Source: Alphaproteobacteria bacterium
Lineage (GTDB): Bacteria; Pseudomonadota; Alphaproteobacteria; UBA828
DNA length: 64,000 nucleotides
Reading direction: 5' to 3'
Assembly (NCBI GenBank): GCA_965221125.1
Contig: CBDCRW010000003.1
Span: 384,001 to 448,000 of the forward strand
The notes beneath the pieces are model-generated. The model saw nothing but the letters and a program-made list of their open reading frames with translations, had not been told where the DNA came from and made no database searches. Position numbers and translations under genes: made by a program. Positions 57,219-64,000 of the stretch are shown here, one piece after another; position 1 is the stretch's first letter; each line of letters begins with the position of its first letter.

Positions 57219-58478
57219 ATGCGCGTTGCTGTCATCGGTCTCGGCTACGTCGGCCTGCCTCTCGCGGTGGCGTTGAGCGAGCACGAGGAGACGCTGGGCT
57301 ACGACATCAGCGGCGCCCGGATCGAGGAGTTGAGCCAAGGCCACGACCGGACCGGCGAGCTGTCGCCCGCGCGCTTGGCCGCCACAAGCCTCCGCCTCTC
57401 CGCGGACGCCGACGACATCGCGGGCTCGGACATCTTCATCGTCGCCGTGCCGACGCCGATCGACGCGGAGAAGCGGCCCGATCTCGGCGCCGTCGAGGCC
57501 GCGTCGCGCACCGTGGGCGCCCGCCTCGCCAGGGGCGCCGTCGTGGTCTACGAGAGCACCGTCTGGCCGGGGGTCACGGAAGACATCTGCGTGCCGCTGC
57601 TGGAGCGCGAATCCGGGCTCGCCGCCGGCACGGACTTTCACGTCGGCTACGCGCCGGAGCGCATGAACCCCGGCGATCCCGAACACGGCCTCGAGCGCAT
57701 CGCCAAGGTCGTCGCCGGCCAGACGCCGGAGATCGCCGCCCGGCTCGCCGCCCTCTACGGCAGGATCAACGACGGCAACGTCTTCGTCGCCCGCGACATC
57801 CGCACCGCCGAGGCCGCCAAGGTGATCGAGAACGCCCAGCGCGACATCAACATCGCCTTCATCAACGAGGTCTCGCAGATTTTTTGCTCGCTGGGGCTCT
57901 CGACCCACGACGTGCTCGACGCCGCGCGGACCAAGTGGAACTTTCTGGACTTCCAGCCGGGGCTGGTGGGCGGGCACTGCATCGGCGTCGATCCCTACTA
58001 CCTGGCCCACCGCGCGGCGGAGATCGGCCACGACCCGCAGATCATCCTCGCCGGGCGGCGCACCAACGACGCGATGGGGACCTTCATCGTCGAAGAGATC
58101 GCCCGCCGCCTGGAGCCCCCGCACGGGCCGGTGCTGGTGCTCGGAATCACGTTCAAGGAAAACATAGCGGACGTTCGCAACTCGCAGGTGCCGGGCATGG
58201 TCGCGGCGCTCGAAGCGCGCGGCATCGAGACGGACGTGCACGACCCCTTGGCCGACGTGGGGGAGGTCGAGCGCCGCTTTGGCATCCGGCTGCTGCCGCA
58301 GCTCGAGAGCGCGGGGCCTTACGCCTGCGTGCTGGGGGCCGTGGCCCACGCGCCCTACCGCGCGCTCGGCGCGGCGACCCTCGCCGGCCTGCTCGCGCCG
58401 CACGGACTCGTGGCCGACATCAAGAACATGTGGCGGGACGTCGCGCTGCCGGAGGGGCTCCGCCGCTGGACGCTGTGA
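57219..58478 (+). CDS. UDP-N-acetylhexosamine (nucleotide-sugar) dehydrogenase, TviB/WbpO-like
   Basis: IGLGYVG, YEST, PERMNPG, KVIENAQRD, GGHCIGVDP. Confidence 0.92.
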   Translation: MRVAVIGLGYVGLPLAVALSEHEETLGYDISGARIEELSQGHDRTGELSPARLAATSLRLSADADDIAGSDIFIVAVPTPIDAEKRPDLGAVEAASRTVGARLARGAVVVYESTVWPGVTEDICVPLLERESGLAAGTDFHVGYAPERMNPGDPEHGLERIAKVVAGQTPEIAARLAALYGRINDGNVFVARDIRTAEAAKVIENAQRDINIAFINEVSQIFCSLGLSTHDVLDAARTKWNFLDFQPGLVGGHCIGVDPYYLAHRAAEIGHDPQIILAGRRTNDAMGTFIVEEIARRLEPPHGPVLVLGITFKENIADVRNSQVPGMVAALEARGIETDVHDPLADVGEVERRFGIRLLPQLESAGPYACVLGAVAHAPYRALGAATLAGLLAPHGLVADIKNMWRDVALPEGLRRWTL

Positions 58479-58482
58479 GCGG

Positions 58483-59163
58483 CTAGCGCGGGAAGAGCCG
58501 CTCGATCGAGGCCGGCAGCTCGGCGAAATCGTCGATCACCGCGTCGGCGCCCAGATCGTGCGGCGGGGTCGGGCTGTAGCCGTAGGCGGTCACGATGGCG
58601 GCGACGCCCGCGCCCTGCGCGGAGTCCACGTCCGCCGCGCTGTCGCCGACCATGACGGCGCGCGCCGGCTCGGCGCCGAGGGCGGCCAGCGCCTCGCGAA
58701 CGTGGCCGGGATCGGGCTTCATCCTTTCGACCGTGTCGCCGGCGAGCACGGCCTCGATGTGGCGGTCGATCGCGAAGTGGGCGAGCAGGCGGCGGGTGGA
58801 TTTCTCTCCCCTGTTGGTGCAGACGGCGAGCGAGACGCCGGCCTCGCGCAGGCGCTCGATGGTGGCGACCACCGCGGGGAAGGGCCGGATGCGCTCGGTC
58901 TCGATCTCGAAGTAATAGGCGATGAGCTGCTGGATCAGGCGCCGCAGCGCCGCGTCGTCGGGCCGCTCCGCCCCCTGCGCGTCCAGCGCCGCGAGCAGGA
59001 GGCGCTTCGCGCCCGCACCGGCGCGCTGGCGGAAGTCGCCGAAGGGGACCGGCGCGTGGCCGAGCTCCGCCAGAGTCCGGTTGAGCGCCGCGATGAGATC
59101 GGGCGCGGTGTCGAAGAGCGTCCCGTCGAAGTCGAGGAGGACCGCGTCCACATGCTCACGCAT
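58483..59163 (-). CDS. gph: HAD hydrolase, phosphoglycolate phosphatase-like
   Basis: DFDGTL, KPDP, MVGDS..D; divergent from glmU. Confidence 0.8.
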   Translation of the reverse strand: MREHVDAVLLDFDGTLFDTAPDLIAALNRTLAELGHAPVPFGDFRQRAGAGAKRLLLAALDAQGAERPDDAALRRLIQQLIAYYFEIETERIRPFPAVVATIERLREAGVSLAVCTNRGEKSTRRLLAHFAIDRHIEAVLAGDTVERMKPDPGHVREALAALGAEPARAVMVGDSAADVDSAQGAGVAAIVTAYGYSPTPPHDLGADAVIDDFAELPASIERLFPR

Positions 59164-59229
59164 CGCACCGATGGTGCGGGAAGGCCCGCGCATTGACAAG
59201 GCGGCGCGGGGCCGCGCGTAGGCCGGGCG

Positions 59230-59238
59230 TGCTATGAT
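59230..59238 (+). promoter_or_regulatory. Possible extended -10 promoter for glmU-glmS
   Basis: TGCTATGAT (TGnTATGAT) about 130 bp upstream of glmU. Confidence 0.35.
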
Positions 59239-59368
59239 GTGAGTCGTCGCGCGGTATTCCACCGATCTGCGTTGGGCATCCCTGAACGAATGAGACATCG
59301 GGCGTGAGGCAAGCGGTCTCCCATCGCACGCGTCGCCGGCGGGCGCGCACCCTGCCGCGGAGGCGCGG

Positions 59369-60721
59369 GTGAGCGGGCTTGCCTGCGTCGTGCTCGCTGC
59401 GGGCAAGGGGACGCGCATGCGCTCGGCCCTGCCCAAGGTCCTGCATCCGCTCGCCGGGCGGCCGATGGTGGAGCATGTGCTGGCGAATGTCCGCACGCTT
59501 GCGCCCGAGCGCACGGTGCTGGTGATCGGGCCCGAGCTGGAGGCCGCAGCGAGCGGCCTGGAAGGGGGCGACGGCGGGGTTGCCTGCGTGATGCAGGAGG
59601 AGCCGCTGGGTACCGCCCACGCCGTGGCGCAGGCACGCCCGGTGCTCGAGGACTTCGGCGGCGACGTGATCGTGGTCTATGCGGATACGCCGCTGGTCCG
59701 CGCCGAGACCCTGGAACGGCTCGTCCGGGCCCGGCGGGAGGGCGAGGCCGCCGCTGCCGTGCTGGGCTTCCGGCCGGAGGACCCGGCCGAGTACGGCCGC
59801 CTGATCCTGGGACCGGACGGGACGCTCGCGCGCATCGTCGAATACGCCGAGGCCAGCGCGGAGGAGCGCGCGGTCACGCTCTGCAACGCCGGCATGATGG
59901 CGATCGACGGGCAAAAACTCTTCCCGCTGCTGGATGCCATCGGCAACGACAACGCCAAGGGCGAGTACTACCTGACCGATCTGCCGGCCGTCGTCGCGGC
60001 GGAGGGCGGCGCCTGCGCGGTCGCCGAGGCGCCGGCCGAGGAGGTCATGGGCATCAACGACCGCGCCCAGCTTGCCGCCGCCGAGCGCGTCGTTCAGGAC
60101 CGCCTCCGCCAGGCCGGCATGGAAGGGGGTGCCACGCTGATCGACCCCGCCACCGTCTGGCTCAGCGCCGACACGCGCCTCGGCTCAGACGTGACCATCG
60201 GGCCCAACGTCGCCATCGGCCCCGCCGTCGTCATCGAGGACGGCGCCGAGATCAGGCCCTTCAGCCACCTGGAGGGCGTCCGCGTGCGCCGGAATGCCGT
60301 TATCGGCCCGTTCGCGCGGCTCCGGCCCGGCAGCGATATCGGCGAAGGCGCCCGGGTCGGCAACTTCGTCGAGTTGAAGAACAGCACGGTGGAGCGCGGC
60401 GCCAAGATCAACCACCTGAGCTACGTCGGCGATGCCGGCGTCGGCGCGGGCGCCAACATCGGCGCCGGCACCATCACCTGCAACTACGACGGCTACCGCA
60501 AGTCGCGGACCGAGATCGGCGACGGCGCCTTCATCGGCTCCAACACGGCGCTGGTGGCGCCGGTCACTATCGGCCCCGGCGCGGTCGTGGGCGCGGGCAG
60601 CGTGATCACCGAGGACGTCGACGCCGACGCCATCGCCGTCGCCAGGGGCGAGCAGCGCCAGCGCGAGGGCGCGGCGGCCAGGCGTCGTGAGCGGCGCCGA
60701 CCCGGCGAGACGCAGGACTAG
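59369..60721 (+). CDS. glmU: Bifunctional UDP-GlcNAc pyrophosphorylase/glucosamine-1-P acetyltransferase
   Basis: LAAGKGTRM..PKVLH, EYYLTD, hexapeptide repeats, CNYDG. Confidence 0.96.
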   Translation: MSGLACVVLAAGKGTRMRSALPKVLHPLAGRPMVEHVLANVRTLAPERTVLVIGPELEAAASGLEGGDGGVACVMQEEPLGTAHAVAQARPVLEDFGGDVIVVYADTPLVRAETLERLVRARREGEAAAAVLGFRPEDPAEYGRLILGPDGTLARIVEYAEASAEERAVTLCNAGMMAIDGQKLFPLLDAIGNDNAKGEYYLTDLPAVVAAEGGACAVAEAPAEEVMGINDRAQLAAAERVVQDRLRQAGMEGGATLIDPATVWLSADTRLGSDVTIGPNVAIGPAVVIEDGAEIRPFSHLEGVRVRRNAVIGPFARLRPGSDIGEGARVGNFVELKNSTVERGAKINHLSYVGDAGVGAGANIGAGTITCNYDGYRKSRTEIGDGAFIGSNTALVAPVTIGPGAVVGAGSVITEDVDADAIAVARGEQRQREGAAARRRERRRPGETQD

Positions 60722-60748
60722 GCGAAGCTTGAAGGGAGTGCGGGAAGC

Positions 60749-62572
60749 GTGTGCGGAATCATCGGCGTCACCGGCAGCGACCAGGCGGCGCCGCATATCC
60801 TCGACGGGCTGAGGCGGCTCGCGTACCGGGGCTACGATTCGGCCGGGCTGGCGACGCTCGCCAACGGCGCGATCGAGCTGCGCCGGGCCGAGGGCAAGCT
60901 CGCCGAGTTGGAGCGCCTCGTCGCCCGCAGCCCGGTGAGCGGCACGACCGGCATCGGGCACACGCGCTGGGCCACCCACGGCGCGCCCAGCGAGACCAAC
61001 GCCCATCCGCATGCCGCAGGCCGCGTCGCGGTGGTCCACAACGGCATCATCGAGAATTACCGGGAACTCCGCGCCAGGCTGGAGGCGGACGGGCGCGAGC
61101 TTGCCTCCGATACCGATACCGAGGTGGTCCCCCACCTGATCGATTCCCACATGGTGCGCGGCCTCGACCCGGAAGCCGCTACGGCCGCGACGCTGGCCGA
61201 GCTGGAAGGCGCCTTCGCGCTCGCCATCATCTTCGCCGGGCACGCGGGGCTGCTCATCGGCGCCCGGCGCGGCTCGCCGCTCGCCATCGGGCACGCGGAC
61301 GACGCCACCTACCTCGCCTCGGACGCGCTGGCGCTCGCTCCCTTCGCGCGGCGGATCAGCTACCTCGACGAGGGCGACTGGGCGGTGCTGAGCGCCGACG
61401 CGGTCTCCATCCGCGACGCGGAGGGGCGCGCCGTCGAGCGGGCGCAGAGCGTCACCGCGCACGACGGCGCGATGATCGGCAAGGGCAACTACCGCCACTA
61501 CATGCTGAAGGAGATCTACGAGCAGCCGAGCGCGATCGGCGATACGGTCGGCGCCTACTACAATCCGGGGGCGGAACGGGTGGCGCTCCCCGCGCTGCCC
61601 TTCGCGCTCGACGGCGTGGAGCGGGCGACCGTCGTCGCCTGTGGCACCTCGTACTACGCCGGGCTCGCCGCGCGCTACTGGATCGAGCAGACCGCGCGGG
61701 TGCCGGTGGAGATCGACATCGCGTCGGAGTTCCGCTACCGCGCGCCGCCGCTCACGAAGGACGGCGTGACGCTCTTCATCTCGCAGTCGGGCGAGACGGC
61801 GGACACGCTGGCGGCGCTCCGCTACGCCAGGGAGGCGGGCGTGCCGACCGCCACCGTGGTCAACGTGCGCGAGAGCACCATGGCGCGTGAGGCGGATGCG
61901 GTGCTGCCCACCTACGCGGGCGTCGAGATCGGCGTGGCATCGACCAAGGCGTTCACCACCCAGCTCGTGACTCTCGCCTGCTTCGCCATCGCGCTGGCCC
62001 GCGCACGGGGCGCCATCGACGCGGCGGAGGAAGCCCGGCTCGCGCACGCGCTGACCCACGTGCCCGCGCACGCGGCCGACGTGCTGGGCCACGACGAGCG
62101 CATCCTGGCGCTCGCCGAGTCGCTGCGGCAGGCGGAAACGGTGCTCTACATCGGGCGCGGCACCGGCTATCCCATCGCCATGGAAGGCGCGCTCAAGCTG
62201 AAGGAGCTTTCCTACATCCACGCCGAGGGCTTTGCCGCCGGGGAGCTGAAGCACGGCCCCATCGCGCTGATCGACCGGGGCGTGCCGGTGATCGTCGTGG
62301 CACCCCCCGGCCCGCTCTTCGACAAGACGGCGTCCAACCTGCGCGAAGCGGCGGCGCGCGGCGCCCACATCGTCGTCATCAGCGACGAGGCGGGCTGCGA
62401 GGCGCTGGCGCCGCTGGCGGATGACGCCATCGCGCTGCCCTCGCTCGACCCCTTCGTGGCGCCCATCCTCTACGCGATTCCGGTGCAGCTCATCGCCTAC
62501 CATGTGGCGGTGCTGAAGGGGACTGATGTGGACCAGCCCCGCAACCTCGCCAAATCGGTCACCGTGGAATGA
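60749..62572 (+). CDS. glmS: Glutamine-fructose-6-phosphate transaminase
   Basis: MCGIIG, GHTRWATHG, SQSGETAD, PRNLAKSVTVE. Confidence 0.98.
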   Translation: MCGIIGVTGSDQAAPHILDGLRRLAYRGYDSAGLATLANGAIELRRAEGKLAELERLVARSPVSGTTGIGHTRWATHGAPSETNAHPHAAGRVAVVHNGIIENYRELRARLEADGRELASDTDTEVVPHLIDSHMVRGLDPEAATAATLAELEGAFALAIIFAGHAGLLIGARRGSPLAIGHADDATYLASDALALAPFARRISYLDEGDWAVLSADAVSIRDAEGRAVERAQSVTAHDGAMIGKGNYRHYMLKEIYEQPSAIGDTVGAYYNPGAERVALPALPFALDGVERATVVACGTSYYAGLAARYWIEQTARVPVEIDIASEFRYRAPPLTKDGVTLFISQSGETADTLAALRYAREAGVPTATVVNVRESTMAREADAVLPTYAGVEIGVASTKAFTTQLVTLACFAIALARARGAIDAAEEARLAHALTHVPAHAADVLGHDERILALAESLRQAETVLYIGRGTGYPIAMEGALKLKELSYIHAEGFAAGELKHGPIALIDRGVPVIVVAPPGPLFDKTASNLREAAARGAHIVVISDEAGCEALAPLADDAIALPSLDPFVAPILYAIPVQLIAYHVAVLKGTDVDQPRNLAKSVTVE

Positions 62573-63750
62573 GCGAACGCCCCGCCCTGATCGACCTCGA
62601 CGAGGACCACAGAGAGCTGCGGGAGCCGGTCCGCGCGCTCTGCGCGCGCTACCCCGGCGAATACTGGCGCGAGAAGGACCGGGCGCGCGCCTACCCGGAG
62701 GAGTTCGTCCAGGCGCTCACCGACGCGGGCTTCCTGGCGGCGCTGATCCCCGAGCGCTATGGCGGCAGCGGCTTGGGTATCGGCGCGGCGGCGGCGATCC
62801 TCGAGGAGATCCACGCGACGGGCTGCAACGGCGGCGCCTGCCACGCGCAGATGTACACCATGGGCACGGTGCTGCGGCACGGCTCGGACGCGCAGAAGGA
62901 GGCGTATCTGCCCGAGATCGCGAGCGGCGCGCGCAGGCTGCAGGCCTTCGGCGTCACCGAGCCCACCACGGGCTCGGACACGACACAGCTCCGTACCACC
63001 GCCGAGCGCCGCGCGGACGGCGATTACACCGTGAACGGCCAGAAGGTCTGGATCTCGCGGGCCGAGCACTCGGACCTGCTGCTGCTGCTCGCGCGGACCA
63101 CGCCCAGGGAGGAGACGACGAAGCGGACGGAGGGCCTCTCCGTCTTCCTCGTCGAGCTGGAGCAGGCGGTGGGCAACGGCCTTGAGATCCGGCCGATCCG
63201 CACCATGATCAACCATGCGACCACGGAGCTTTTCTTCGACGACCTGGTGATCCCGGCTGCGAGCCTGATCGGCGAGGAGGGGAAGGGCTTTCGCTACATC
63301 CTCGACGGCATGAACGCCGAGCGCATCCTGATTGCCGCCGAGTGCATCGGCGACTGCCGCTGGTTCATCGACAAGGCGAGCGCGTATGCCTCTGAGCGCA
63401 AGGTGTTCGGCCGGCCCATCGGCGCCAACCAGGGCGTGCAGTTCCCCATCGCCGAGGCCTACGCGCAGATGGAGGCCGCACGGCTCATGGTGAGCAAGGC
63501 CGCAGCGCTCTTCGACGCAGGGCGCGCCTGCGGGCCCGAGGCCAACATGGCGAAGCTGCTGGCCTCCGAAGCCTCGTGGAAGGCGGGCGATACCTGCCTG
63601 CAGACCCACGGCGGCTTCGGCTTCGCCGAGGAATACGACGTGGAGCGCAAGTTCCGCGAGACCCGGCTCTACCGCGTGGCGCCGATCTCGACCAACCTCA
63701 TCCTCGCCTACCTCGGCCAGCATGTGCTCGGCATGCCGCGGTCTTATTGA
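62569..63750 (+). CDS. Acyl-CoA dehydrogenase
   Basis: FGVTEPTTGSD, NGQKVWIS, NQGVQF, HGGFGF; overlaps the glmS stop. Confidence 0.93.
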   Translation: MSERPALIDLDEDHRELREPVRALCARYPGEYWREKDRARAYPEEFVQALTDAGFLAALIPERYGGSGLGIGAAAAILEEIHATGCNGGACHAQMYTMGTVLRHGSDAQKEAYLPEIASGARRLQAFGVTEPTTGSDTTQLRTTAERRADGDYTVNGQKVWISRAEHSDLLLLLARTTPREETTKRTEGLSVFLVELEQAVGNGLEIRPIRTMINHATTELFFDDLVIPAASLIGEEGKGFRYILDGMNAERILIAAECIGDCRWFIDKASAYASERKVFGRPIGANQGVQFPIAEAYAQMEAARLMVSKAAALFDAGRACGPEANMAKLLASEASWKAGDTCLQTHGGFGFAEEYDVERKFRETRLYRVAPISTNLILAYLGQHVLGMPRSY

Positions 63751-63771
63751 GGGCGCGCGGGCGACCCCACC

Positions 63772-64000
63772 ATGAGCGAGGGCAGCGAAGGGCCGCTTTC
63801 CGGCCTGCTGGTGGTCTCGGTGGAGCAGGCGGTGGCCGCGCCCTTCGCCACCAGCCGGCTGGCCGACGCGGGCGCGCGCGTCATCAAGGTGGAGCGGCCG
63901 GAGGGCGACTTCGCGCGGCTCTACGACCGTCACGTGAAGGGCGAGTGCGCCTGGTTCGTCTGGCTCAACCGGGGCAAGGAATCGGTGGTCCTCGACATCA
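63772..64000 (+). CDS. Family III (CaiB/BaiF) CoA transferase, 3' truncated by window edge
   Basis: Manual translation: MSEGSEGPLSGLLVVSVEQAVAAPF...GARVIKVERPEGDF...LNRGKESVVLDI. Confidence 0.88.
   Translation, partial: MSEGSEGPLSGLLVVSVEQAVAAPFATSRLADAGARVIKVERPEGDFARLYDRHVKGECAWFVWLNRGKESVVLDI

Noticed and set aside
59164-60748. glmS ribozyme or riboswitch upstream of glmU/glmS
   Set aside because: The glmU-glmS gap is only 27 bp and I could not recognise any riboswitch consensus upstream of glmU.

Overview
High-GC alphaproteobacterial chromosomal region, inferred from thiE-efp-suhB and gph-glmU-glmS synteny. A marine or sponge-associated Rhodospirillales-like host is only a guess from gene content. 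The window is mostly catabolic and uptake genes: three ABC importers, SDRs, CoA transferases, acyl-CoA dehydrogenases, and flavin, 2OG and diiron oxygenases. Highlights: (1) an intact IS110/IS1111 element (about 7856-9232) whose 3' non-coding region contains two stem-enclosed loops that match its own donor junction and its flanking target, i.e. a readable bridge/seek RNA; (2) a LysR-linked alkene/isoprene monooxygenase cluster (isoH- and isoI-like genes, then A-B-C-D-E subunits) with no reductase and no isoJ, ending in a degenerate ALDH-fold gene; (3) a mobile hotspot with vapBC, IS3 and integrase relics and a tRNA 3'-end att-like scar; (4) an intact IS1380 with a TTAA duplication next to a helically phased ~10-bp repeat tract; (5) a lower-GC type II R-M cassette; (6) a TbpB-like surface lipoprotein divergent from a LuxR-type regulator, with paired palindromic boxes between them. 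All family assignments come from motifs and recalled sequences, not from database searches.
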